A stretch of 32,000 bases of DNA from Candidatus Saccharimonadota bacterium. Lineage in GTDB: Bacteria; Patescibacteriota; Saccharimonadia; Saccharimonadales; Saccharimonadaceae. The notes beneath the pieces are model-generated. The model saw only the letters and a program-made list of their open reading frames with translations. It searched no databases and was not told where the DNA came from. The stretch is taken from positions 150,001-182,000 of the forward strand of contig DIRZ01000003.1 in the NCBI GenBank assembly GCA_002421785.1, given 5' to 3'. A program made the translations under genes and the position numbers. Positions 1-9,364 of this stretch are shown piece by piece (positions within the stretch are counted from its first letter, which is position 1; the number at the start of each line of letters is the position of its first letter).

Positions 1-111
1 TAGCCACTCCTCTCATTTGTAGGTACGAGGTGTTCTATTTATATCATAGTTTTACGTAATTATCAATATATGCCGCCTCTGTTGCGCTCTTTACACCTAC
101 TGTCCGCATTG

Positions 112-117
112 TATACT
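112..117 (+). promoter_or_regulatory. -10 box TATACT, 6 nt upstream of ATG 124 (leaderless-type)
   Basis: The sequence reads cattgTATACTatagaaATG. The same -10/N6-9/ATG geometry recurs at many genes in this window. Confidence 0.45.
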
Positions 118-123
118 ATAGAA

Positions 124-630
124 ATGATGATAACTCCCGATAAACTTTCCGAACAATTGATGCAATACGCGGCACCTACTGTAGCAATGATGGTGGGGGT
201 TCCTGGCAGCGGTAAATCATACCTCGCCCAGCAGCTTGGTGAACAGCTGCAGTGGCCCGTGCTCTCCAGCGACGGCATGCGCTTTGAGCTAACGGGTGAC
301 GAGAACGATTTATCGCGTGACAGCGAGGTGCGGCCGTTGCTATTCAAGAGAGCCGAGCAGCTTATCGCTCGCGATAGCTCGTTCATTGTCGACGCCACTC
401 ACAACAGGCAAACACTGCGTCAAGGTGATGTTGGCTACTACCGGATACTCGGTGCACGTAGCGTCGCGGGTATTTACGTCGATACACCCCTACCCATATG
501 TATTGAGCGCAACGCCACTCGTAGTCGTATTGTACCGACGTTTATTATAGAAGAATTTTGGAATAATCTGAGCCAGAATCCCCCAAGTAAAGATGACGGC
601 TTCGACGCTGTATACACGGTTGCGCCGTAG
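124..630 (+). CDS. P-loop kinase, AAA_33 / polynucleotide-kinase-like ATP-binding protein
   Basis: Lies in ORF track 70..630. Walker A GVPGSGKS is near the N-terminus, followed by SSD..R and VDATHN segments typical of AAA_33-type kinases. I moved the start to ATG 124 because of the TATACT-N6 signal. ATG 70 is the alternative. Confidence 0.7.
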   Translation: MMITPDKLSEQLMQYAAPTVAMMVGVPGSGKSYLAQQLGEQLQWPVLSSDGMRFELTGDENDLSRDSEVRPLLFKRAEQLIARDSSFIVDATHNRQTLRQGDVGYYRILGARSVAGIYVDTPLPICIERNATRSRIVPTFIIEEFWNNLSQNPPSKDDGFDAVYTVAP

Positions 631-633
631 CCT

Positions 634-2566
<1,933 letters not shown>

Positions 2567-2572
2567 GACTTT

Positions 2573-2581
2573 AGTATAACA
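2573..2581 (-). promoter_or_regulatory. extended -10 TGtTATACT, 6 nt upstream of yhhQ ATG 2566
   Basis: The minus strand reads gacagTGtTATACTaaagtcATG. Confidence 0.45.
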
Positions 2582-2713
2582 CTGTCTTGCTATGGCCCGG
2601 GTTTGACGCAAATTGGCATTTGCAGCATAATACTGTCCACGTTGTTCCCTATCGTAGGAGTGGAAGTACCCCTCGGACGCCCGCATTGCGCTGCCGCCGC
2701 AGAAGCGGGTTTA

Positions 2714-3217
2714 TTATAAAGCAGACTCGGCGTCGATTAACGCAAGCTGGTTGACAACATACGCTTTCGTATCTTCGTATGACTTACCCAGCACGACTGC
2801 AAATTCGTTATAAAGAGTCTTCTCAGCAATACGAAAATATTGTTTGTCCTTTTCGTTCCGCTGCTGGCCACGATTCAGCTTTTCTTCGCCGCGCAAATAC
2901 GCCGTCTTAATAATGCAAATTAGATCTTCGTGATTCTTGCTTTCGAGTAAGGCTTTGTAAGTATGCTCTAGCGTTCGGTTCTCGGCTGTCGCACATTCGA
3001 TATCCGGCATCCTGCGAATAAGTCGTTCAACTTCGTTGCGACTCATCACTGGCCTCGCAAGGTCCTCAATTGTCGCCACGGGTGTATGAATGGTCATAGA
3101 ATCATCATAAACAGGCACCAACTTGTAGTAGTCCTCGCCGCCGCGATAATCGCGAACGAGCTCTTTGACTTTGCACACATTACCCCTGTAAACTATCGTT
3201 TGCCCCGATTTAACCAT
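2714..3217 (-). CDS. CarD/CdnL family transcriptional regulator
   Basis: The N-terminus MVKSGQTIVYRGNVCKVKELV...YYKLVPV resembles the CarD_CdnL_TRCF RNAP-interacting domain, followed by a helical C-terminal domain. ATG 3217 is preceded by GAAAGGACAAGGGG (SD). The ORF-track start at 3286 is the alternative. Confidence 0.8.
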   Translation of the reverse strand: MVKSGQTIVYRGNVCKVKELVRDYRGGEDYYKLVPVYDDSMTIHTPVATIEDLARPVMSRNEVERLIRRMPDIECATAENRTLEHTYKALLESKNHEDLICIIKTAYLRGEEKLNRGQQRNEKDKQYFRIAEKTLYNEFAVVLGKSYEDTKAYVVNQLALIDAESAL

Positions 3218-3297
3218 ACCCCTTGTCCTTTCTACTAAAAATGAGCTGTTTGGCCGCAAAGGTAAGAACCTTTTGGAACTGCTCATAGACTATCTAT

Positions 3298-3306
3298 AGT
3301 ATACCA
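3298..3306 (-). promoter_or_regulatory. extended -10 TGgTATACT upstream of the CarD-like gene
   Basis: The minus strand reads gattgTGgTATACTatagatagtctATG. It lies 11 nt from ATG 3286 and about 80 nt from ATG 3217. Confidence 0.4.
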
Positions 3307-3322
3307 CAATCCCCTCAGTAGC

Positions 3323-4069
3323 TCACGGGGAAGCAGTTGGTAGCGCCTGCTCTGAACAATCAGCGAGCACGCGGCGCATGGCCGACTTCTCCGCTTCGGT
3401 CACCCATAACGAATATTTCGCCTTCACAGCAATCTGGCGAGCAACATACTGGCACCGGAATGCTTTATTAGCCGGGAGCCATGTCGCCGCATCACCATCA
3501 CCTTTTGCTTGATTGGCTGCCCCCTCGACCGCTAGCAGCTCCAACGGATCATTTGCAAACGCAATCCGCTGCTCAAGCGTCAGTTGCTGAGCGCCAGTCT
3601 GCCAGGCGTTGCTCAGCGCGACCACATGGTCAATTTGCACCAGGTCGCTCGTGTTAGCCCCACGAGTAAAACTAATCGTCGTTCCCGTGTAGGGGTCGGC
3701 CAATACACCAGTCGTCACCTTGCAGCTACTATTCACCGTTACCTCCACAAGATCGCGATGAAGAATAATATTGCGGGTATCACAGCCACCCGTCAGCAAC
3801 CATCCATCGCCGAACATCGCGCGATTATACCCAGTTTTGGGTGCGCGACCCTTAATAGGGAGTGTATTCAGAATGTCGATAGCCAGCTGGGGGGAGTCCG
3901 TCGATGCGGATGCCGTCGCGGCGACCGAAGTTTGCTTTGCCTCAGCCGGCGTGGTGGGCTGAGGTGAGCGAGACGTGTCAGGGACATGGGCCGATTGGCT
4001 CTGAAAAACCATCACAACTACCGCTACTGCGATGAGTAGTATACCCGTTATTCTTCGCCTCCGCTGCAT
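3323..4069 (-). CDS. membrane-anchored/secreted DUF1524 (HNH-type, GmrSD C-terminal-like) nuclease
   Basis: 248 aa. An N-terminal TM helix ITGILLIAVAVVVMVF is followed by a low-complexity linker. Nuclease motifs follow: GGCDTRN, QIDHVVALSNAWQTGA and EGAANQAKGDGDAATWLP. Confidence 0.75.
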   Translation of the reverse strand: MQRRRRITGILLIAVAVVVMVFQSQSAHVPDTSRSPQPTTPAEAKQTSVAATASASTDSPQLAIDILNTLPIKGRAPKTGYNRAMFGDGWLLTGGCDTRNIILHRDLVEVTVNSSCKVTTGVLADPYTGTTISFTRGANTSDLVQIDHVVALSNAWQTGAQQLTLEQRIAFANDPLELLAVEGAANQAKGDGDAATWLPANKAFRCQYVARQIAVKAKYSLWVTEAEKSAMRRVLADCSEQALPTASP

Positions 4070-4075
4070 ATTGCT

Positions 4076-4081
4076 AGTATA
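4076..4081 (-). promoter_or_regulatory. -10 TATACT, 6 nt upstream of nuclease ATG 4069 (leaderless-type)
   Basis: The minus strand reads cGGTATACTAGCaATATGC. This is 17/18 identical to the trmH-like promoter/start module at 12726-12743. Confidence 0.5.
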
Positions 4082-4123
4082 CCGTACATGGACCCTCCCG
4101 TAACATCACAGGGTCGCTTACTT

Positions 4124-4132
4124 TGCTATAAT
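4124..4132 (+). promoter_or_regulatory. extended -10 TGcTATAAT, 6 nt upstream of pepN ATG 4139
   Basis: The sequence reads cttTGcTATAATggggtaATG. A second candidate, TGcTAGTAT (4072-4080), lies 7 nt before ATG 4088. Confidence 0.5.
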
Positions 4133-4138
4133 GGGGTA

Positions 4139-6655
4139 ATGCAAGTTACTCGCCTCTACCCACATTTCCAACCCTCAAATTATGATTTATTTTGGGATCT
4201 ATCCGACATCTCGAATCGACGTATTCGAGGCGCTGCAACCATCGCAGGCATAGCAAGCGGCACCGACGAACTGCGGCTTCATGCCAAGGAACTAGATATC
4301 ATATCAGTCACATTAAATGATATACCCGTCGCCGACTTCCGTACTGAGGGCGACGAGCTCGTGATATCAGCACGAGTGAACGGCGCGACGACCGTGCACA
4401 TCGATTTTAGCCTGACAGTCACCGACGCGATGCATGGCATATACCCATGCTACTACACGCTCGATGGCATACGTCACGAACTGTACGCCACTCAATTCGA
4501 AAGCCACCATGCACGCGAAGCATTCCCCTGTATTGATGAACCAGAAGCGAAGGCAACCTATACCGTCAGCCTCAAAACCACTGATGGCTTGCAGGTGCTC
4601 GGCAACATGCCCGTGGCATCAACGCAGCTACTGGGTGCAAGCCGTACGACAACCTTTGTTGCCACACCACGTATGAGCAGCTATCTCGTCGCATTTGTTG
4701 TTGGCGATTTGCAACGCGCAACCACCACGACGCAAAGTGGTGTGGAAGTGAATGTCTATGCGACCAAAGCACATCCCGCCGTTGCCCTCAATTGGGCGCT
4801 CGAGCACGCAGCCCAGACGATTGACTACTTCGATGATTATTTCGGCGTTCCTTACCCGCTCCCTAAAAGCGATCATGTTGCCCTGCCGGACTTTAGTAGC
4901 GGCGCCATGGAAAACTGGGGGCTCATTACCTACCGTGAAATTGCGCTGCTCGCCGATCCTACTACCGTAAGCATCGGGAACAAGCAGTATGTTGCTGAAG
5001 TCGTCGCGCACGAACTCAGCCACCAATGGTTTGGCAACCTGGTAACCATGAAGTGGTGGGACAACCTTTGGCTCAACGAAAGTTTTGCAACAATCATGGA
5101 GTATCTGGCACCTAATAATTTTCACCCAGACTGGGACTTATGGTTTGAGTTTAGTACAAACGAGGGCGTTATGGCACTTCGACGCGACTGCATTGATGGC
5201 GTCCAACCGGTGCAGGTCGCGGTCAACCATCCAGATGAAATTAACTCATTGTTTGACGGCGCCATCGTGTACGCCAAGGGTGGACGATTAATGCGTATGA
5301 TGCAGACCTGGATTGGCGAAACCGCCTTCCGCAAAGGCCTAAAAGACTACTTTAGCTCGCACCAATACAGCAACACCACTGGCGATGATCTATGGGATGC
5401 TCTTTCTGCCGCGAGCGGTAAGGACGTCGGCGCCCTCATGAACACATGGATCTCACAAAGTGGTTACCCGGTCGTTCATGCCGCACTGGCAAACGGACAA
5501 CTTACCCTGCGTCAAGAGCAGTTCTTCGTTGGTCCCCACGAACCGTCCAGCAAGCTGTGGCCAATCCCGCTGCGCGCAAACCAAGCCGACCTACCCGAAC
5601 TGCTCGACACTGCATCTCTCACAGTATCTTTTACTAGCACAGACGCGCTTCATCTCAACGCAGACGACAGTGGGCACTACATTGTTAACTACGATGATGA
5701 GCTACGTTCACGAATCATCGCTGAGCTCAAAGCGGGCAACGTAAGCAATATCCAGCGCGCTCAATTCCTGCACGAACAAATGATGCTGGCGCGCGGTGGG
5801 TATACGAGTAGCGCCCAACTCATTGAACTACTCGATGCATACCGCGATGAAAGCAACGAAAAAGTTTGGGGGATGATTTCACTTGCCATTGCCGATTTAA
5901 AGCGATTTGTCGAAACGAACGATGCCGCCGAAGTGAAACTGCGGCGCTTCGTCGGCTCGCTTGCCGAAAAACAATTTACCCGCCTTGGATGGGAAAAGCT
6001 TGATGGCGAAAGCGAAGATGACACACAGCTTCGTGGCACCATCGTCGGCTGTATGCTCTATAGCGAGCGACCAGAAATCATTGCGCACGCCATCGAATTG
6101 TACTCTCACAATACTCTTGAGCAACTCGACCCAGAACTTCGCAGTCTTATTATGGGCGCCGCCGTTCGCCACGGATCAGACGCCACGGTCGTTGATACGC
6201 TGATTACAACGTATCAGACTACCAGCGCTACCGATATTCAAAGCGATATCACCAGCGCGGTCACCTCAAGCAAAGACCCGGGCGTGTTGCAACGACTGAT
6301 CACCATGTTGACCGATACTAAAATAATTCGCTCACAGGATACCGTCAGGTGGTATGTCAACCTACTCCGTAACCGCGAGGGGCGCAGTGCCGCCTGGCAA
6401 TGGCTACGCGACAACTGGGCATGGATCGAAACGACGTTCGCAAGTGACAAAAGCCACGATTACTTCCCTCGATATTCTGCGAATATTCTTGGTACGCAGC
6501 GTCAACTGCAAGAATATAAAGACTTTTTTACGCCTCTTCGTGACAACCCATCGCTTACCCGAGCCATCGACATGGGCATCCTGGACCTCGAGGGCAGAAT
6601 TGCGATTATCGAACGCGACACGCCTGCGGTCATCGCCGCTCTAAACAAGTTCTAG
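4139..6655 (+). CDS. pepN: aminopeptidase N (M1 family zinc metallopeptidase)
   Basis: Carries the GAMENWG exopeptidase motif and the HELSHQWFGNLVTMKWWDNLWLNESFA zinc site (HEXXH-X18-E), with a long ERAP1-like C-terminal domain. The ORF-track start at 4088 is the alternative. Confidence 0.92.
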   Translation: MQVTRLYPHFQPSNYDLFWDLSDISNRRIRGAATIAGIASGTDELRLHAKELDIISVTLNDIPVADFRTEGDELVISARVNGATTVHIDFSLTVTDAMHGIYPCYYTLDGIRHELYATQFESHHAREAFPCIDEPEAKATYTVSLKTTDGLQVLGNMPVASTQLLGASRTTTFVATPRMSSYLVAFVVGDLQRATTTTQSGVEVNVYATKAHPAVALNWALEHAAQTIDYFDDYFGVPYPLPKSDHVALPDFSSGAMENWGLITYREIALLADPTTVSIGNKQYVAEVVAHELSHQWFGNLVTMKWWDNLWLNESFATIMEYLAPNNFHPDWDLWFEFSTNEGVMALRRDCIDGVQPVQVAVNHPDEINSLFDGAIVYAKGGRLMRMMQTWIGETAFRKGLKDYFSSHQYSNTTGDDLWDALSAASGKDVGALMNTWISQSGYPVVHAALANGQLTLRQEQFFVGPHEPSSKLWPIPLRANQADLPELLDTASLTVSFTSTDALHLNADDSGHYIVNYDDELRSRIIAELKAGNVSNIQRAQFLHEQMMLARGGYTSSAQLIELLDAYRDESNEKVWGMISLAIADLKRFVETNDAAEVKLRRFVGSLAEKQFTRLGWEKLDGESEDDTQLRGTIVGCMLYSERPEIIAHAIELYSHNTLEQLDPELRSLIMGAAVRHGSDATVVDTLITTYQTTSATDIQSDITSAVTSSKDPGVLQRLITMLTDTKIIRSQDTVRWYVNLLRNREGRSAAWQWLRDNWAWIETTFASDKSHDYFPRYSANILGTQRQLQEYKDFFTPLRDNPSLTRAIDMGILDLEGRIAIIERDTPAVIAALNKF

Positions 6656-7603
6656 GTAGTCCACGAGCTCAGGTGTATCACCCGTCGTCGCCACAACGGA
6701 AAGCCGCATGTCGTATCCGGGATGTTTCATAGCGTACAATTCCGCAGCAAACGTCATTTGCTTCAATTTAGTTGGGGTAACTGCCGCAAACCCATCGCCG
6801 CTCGCGTTATTCCGACGGTGTTTTACTTCCGTAAAATAGAGGGTATTATCAAGCATAGAAATAATGTCAATCTCGCACCACTTAGTGCGCCAGTTTCGCT
6901 CCAAGATTGTGTGCCCTCTCCGTTTCAGTTCTTCCGTGGCAACGTTTTCGCTGGCGTCGCCCACAGCTTTTGTTGTTCTCCGGTCGACAATCTGGCCATC
7001 TTCTCCCACCGTGACTACCGGTTGAGCCTCTGGGAGATTCGTGCGATACTTCTTCAAGGGCGCAAAACTCAACCGATGGAGTGGCGTGACGCCCAATCGC
7101 TCAATTGCTAGGCGATGCGCTGCCACTCCGTACCCGGCATGACGGGAAAATCCATAGCCCGGATATGCATCATCCTGTTCGCTCATATATGTATCGCGCG
7201 CCACCTTTGCGACGATGCTCGCCGCGCTGACGCTTGGCACGAGCAAATCGGCTTTCGCAAGTGTCGTCACATACTTTTCCAGTGGAGTGCCAGCTAGCAA
7301 GTTAATCGTACCGTCAATAATAATTTCATGGTATGGTACTGTGATTTGTTTCACAGCCCGCCGCGTCGCAAGCCGTAATGCCTCGCTCATGCCAACCTCA
7401 TCGAGTTCCTCGGCGCTAACCCACCCAAGTGCAACCGCGCTTGCCCGGGAATTGATTTCAGGCACCAGTCGTTCGCGTTGCCTTTTTGTCAACTTCTTGC
7501 TATCGGTCAGTCCGTCTACAGTTGCGCCGTTCAGAACAACCGCGCCCACAACAAGCGGCCCCGCCCAAGGCCCACGGCCAACTTCATCTATCCCAAGTAT
7601 CAT
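6641..7603 (-). CDS. rnhB: ribonuclease HII fused to a C-terminal YraN/UPF0102-like (PD-(D/E)xK) domain
   Basis: The N-terminal part is RNase HII (ILGIDEVGRGPWAGPLVVGAVVL, DSKKLT, ASIVAKV.RD). The C-terminal ~100 aa is YraN-like (ATEELKRRGHTILERNWRTKWCEIDIIS...LYFTEVKHRR...AVTPTKLKQM). I chose ATG 7603 (TACACT-N6). The track start at 7627 is the alternative. Confidence 0.85.
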   Translation of the reverse strand: MILGIDEVGRGPWAGPLVVGAVVLNGATVDGLTDSKKLTKRQRERLVPEINSRASAVALGWVSAEELDEVGMSEALRLATRRAVKQITVPYHEIIIDGTINLLAGTPLEKYVTTLAKADLLVPSVSAASIVAKVARDTYMSEQDDAYPGYGFSRHAGYGVAAHRLAIERLGVTPLHRLSFAPLKKYRTNLPEAQPVVTVGEDGQIVDRRTTKAVGDASENVATEELKRRGHTILERNWRTKWCEIDIISMLDNTLYFTEVKHRRNNASGDGFAAVTPTKLKQMTFAAELYAMKHPGYDMRLSVVATTGDTPELVDYLELV

Positions 7604-7609
7604 GCTTCT

Positions 7610-7615
7610 AGTGTA
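7610..7615 (-). promoter_or_regulatory. -10 TACACT, 6 nt upstream of rnhB ATG 7603
   Basis: The minus strand reads ctgTACACTagaagcATG. Confidence 0.4.
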
Positions 7616-7620
7616 CAGTA

Positions 7621-7649
7621 TTGACATTGTGCTTATTTATTGCTATAAT
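7621..7649 (+). promoter_or_regulatory. consensus sigma70-type promoter TTGACA-17-TATAAT (with TGc extension)
   Basis: TTGACA lies at 7621-7626 and TATAAT at 7644-7649, separated by a 17-nt spacer. The SD GGCAGGAG (7680-7686) and ATG 7689 follow. Confidence 0.7.
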
Positions 7650-7688
7650 ATATATATTGGTTCTCCACTCTAGTGAAAGGCAGGAGCC

Positions 7689-7970
7689 ATGTCCGACTCA
7701 CTCTCGTTGACTGAAATGATCGAGGTCGCCAAACTGGCGACCACTACCGCGCTCAGCACCAAGCACACCGGTGACGGACGCGTGATCGTCCACCTCCGGA
7801 CCACCAACGGACGCCAGGTGGGCAGTGCGTCCTCGGTCCTGTCGCTCGCCGGCTGCAAGGAGGTCATCGACGCGTTCGATCCCGATGGCTCTATCCGAGC
7901 GAACGCCCGGGCGGCCCGGGAACGTCGAGGCCTGCGCACCCCGACCGACATCGCACTCTACCGCACGTGA
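7689..7970 (+). CDS. hypothetical 93-aa protein encoded in a GC-rich (about 65%) cassette
   Basis: It has its own consensus promoter, an AGGAG SD 3 nt from the ATG, and a strong terminator directly after the stop. Third codon positions are almost all G/C in this frame. I recognised no family. Confidence 0.65.
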   Translation: MSDSLSLTEMIEVAKLATTTALSTKHTGDGRVIVHLRTTNGRQVGSASSVLSLAGCKEVIDAFDPDGSIRANARAARERRGLRTPTDIALYRT

Positions 7971-7975
7971 GTACT

Positions 7976-8021
7976 GGGGTGCGTTCAGGCCAACAGGTCT
8001 GAACGCACCCCACTTTTATTT
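7976..8021 (+). terminator. rho-independent terminator of the 93-aa gene
   Basis: GGGGTGCGTTCAGGCC-AACA-GGTCTGAACGCACCCC forms a 16-bp stem with one G-U pair, followed by ACTTTTATTT. Confidence 0.85.
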
Positions 8022-8025
8022 ACCT

Positions 8026-8055
8026 AAAAATATCCCCGGATTCGGGGATATTTTA
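8026..8055 (-). terminator. terminator of rplS (hairpin usable in both directions)
   Basis: AAAATATCCCC-GGATTC-GGGGATATTTT forms an 11-bp stem with A/T runs on both sides. It begins 15 nt after the rplS stop. Confidence 0.75.
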
Positions 8056-8069
8056 GTGAGTTCAAGTGA

Positions 8070-8594
8070 TTAGCTGTTTTGTGCGTGACGTGCTTCGACT
8101 TCAGCGGCCTGCGCATCAAGCTTTGCCTGCTCGGCATCTTTTTCGGCTTGGCGTGCAGCTGCTTCAGCGGCTTTCTCTTCTTTGATACGTGCTTCGTCTT
8201 CGGCAACGTGAGCGTCTTTGATCGCATTCACTGCTTCACGGTCAAACTGCACCGCTGTCAAACGTGCGCTCTTACCGCTGCGCTGGCGCAGGTAGCTAAG
8301 GAAGTTACGGCGAACTTTGCTGCGGCGAACAATTTCAACCTTCTCAACAAGGGGGCTATGAAGCAAGAAGCTTTTTTCAACACCAACACCGCTGGTAATT
8401 TTACGCACGGTGATACGGTTTGTGTGCTGACCCTTGTTATCGGTGCGGATGACGACACCTTCAAAAATCTGGATACGCTCTTTAGCACCTTCTTTAATCT
8501 TTTGGTGAACACGAACGGTGTCACCGCTACGTGCGTCAACGACTTGCTTCTTTTTCTGCTCGTCGTTTACTTTTTGAATCAATGCAAAACTCAT
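8070..8594 (-). CDS. rplS: 50S ribosomal protein L19 with a ~60-aa Ala/Glu/Lys/Gln-rich C-terminal extension
   Basis: The L19 core is GDTVRVHQKIKEGAKERIQIFEGVVIR...ITVRKI.SGVGVEKSFLLHSP.VEKVEIVRRSKVRRNFLSYLR. The tail is DAHVAEDEARIKEEKAAEAAARQAEKDAEQAKLDAQAAEVEARHAQNS. Confidence 0.95.
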   Translation of the reverse strand: MSFALIQKVNDEQKKKQVVDARSGDTVRVHQKIKEGAKERIQIFEGVVIRTDNKGQHTNRITVRKITSGVGVEKSFLLHSPLVEKVEIVRRSKVRRNFLSYLRQRSGKSARLTAVQFDREAVNAIKDAHVAEDEARIKEEKAAEAAARQAEKDAEQAKLDAQAAEVEARHAQNS

Positions 8595-8635
8595 CTGTTA
8601 CTCGCTTATCACTTAATATTACAATTCAACTATCA

Positions 8636-8663
8636 ACTATAGCATAGATTGTGGAATTTTCAA
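8636..8663 (-). promoter_or_regulatory. candidate rplS promoter TTGAAA-16-TGcTATAGT
   Basis: The minus strand reads TTGAAAattccacaatctaTGcTATAGT, giving a leader of about 35 nt to ATG 8594. Confidence 0.5.
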
Positions 8664-8727
8664 AGGGTTACCCTGCTTTTCGTCATTTTTGACTCATCAG
8701 CATAGTACATACAACTATGGAAGCAGG

Positions 8728-9364
8728 AACAAAGAGAACCCGTGGTGGCACCAAGCTCGGACAAACCAGTAACGGCGTGCCCAAGTTGACCGACGGCCTC
8801 CTTGTCACACAGCTCCTGAGGACGGTGATGATTGTTGTGATGCATCACGCGCCATACGCACGCCTATCCGAATAGACAAGGGTTATCGCGATGGGTACTG
8901 GCGACAACTCATAACTGCACGTAGCAGTTGCTCACAATCCTAGCGGACTGCGGGCATCTTGTACCGGACACTTGTCGTACGGGGTCTTTGCAGCCTCTTG
9001 CGGCGCTAGGTATGCACGCGGGCAGGGCAACATAACACATGCAGCCCACCATGCCACTTTGTGTCCTTTTGCCGCTCCGGCTTGCAGCCAGCGTTTGCTC
9101 GTCGTCACCTTGCATTGCGCTTGTGGAAGCGAACTCACCCGTAGGGAGTTCGAAGACGATGAAGTGTACACTCCGAGCATCAATTGTCCATCATACCTTT
9201 CGGCATGAGACAATCGGCTGGTTTTTGATGGACGCGCTGTCCTCTTCCTCAACTCAGCCACATGGGGCGTACACACTGGACTGACCGTCCGAGTATGCTG
9301 AGCGAGCACAGCCACCTGAATAGAATCCGGTAGGCATGCTCGCTCAGCAGGGGTTCTCTTTGTT
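8728..9364. ncRNA. candidate large structured non-coding RNA or element of unknown class (strand unresolved, slight lean to minus)
   Basis: There is no credible ORF. A perfect 14-bp long-range pair (8728-8741 with 9351-9364) closes the domain. A 13-bp hairpin forms at 9296-9308/9337-9349, with 7-bp helices at 8774-8780/8858-8864 and 8939-8945/9004-9010. Further hairpins lie at 8913-8929, 9130-9152, 9183-9214, 9230-9242 and 9278-9290. I found no match to RNase P, tmRNA, SRP or group II signatures. Confidence 0.55.

Noticed and set aside
2680-2710. Hairpin CCCGC...GCGGG after the CarD-like gene as its terminator
   Set aside because: The stem is 5 bp with a 20-nt loop and has no U-tract on the minus strand. 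This is too weak to call.
2567-2713. preQ1 riboswitch expected upstream of yhhQ
   Set aside because: TGtTATACT sits only 6 nt before the most plausible yhhQ start codon (2566), which leaves no leader. The upstream 147 nt lacks the preQ1-I features (a short GGUUC...ACCC hairpin plus an AAAAAACUA tail). It has only a small hairpin, GCAAAT-TGGC-ATTTGC, at 2608-2623.
4088-4138. 17-aa N-terminal extension of pepN (ORF-track start ATG 4088)
   Set aside because: MQVTRLYPHFQPSNYDL from ATG 4139 looks like a normal M1 aminopeptidase N-terminus and has TGcTATAAT-N6 in front. However, ATG 4088 also has TGcTAGTAT-N7, so it remains a real alternative.
8728-9364. Identity of the element as RNase P RNA, tmRNA, SRP RNA or a group II intron
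   Set aside because: Neither strand contains GGAAAGUCCGG. GAAUAGAAUCCGGUAGG (9317-9333) only loosely resembles ACAGAAnCCGGCUUA, and the helices around it do not fit a P1/P2/P4 layout. There is no tRNA-like acceptor/T-arm or GGGG...CCACCA ends. There is no GGAA-capped SRP domain IV, no GUGYG 5' end and no 34-nt domain V. At 637 nt it is also too long for the first three. A covariance-model search is still needed.
8728-9364. Reading the 14-bp inverted repeats as termini of a MITE or as an invertible (phase-variable) segment
   Set aside because: There is no target-site duplication next to the repeats (agg|...|aaa). The window has no transposase or invertase gene. The interior itself is full of nested helices, which terminal inverted repeats alone would not explain. 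This is not fully excluded: copy number in the genome and inverted read pairs would decide it.
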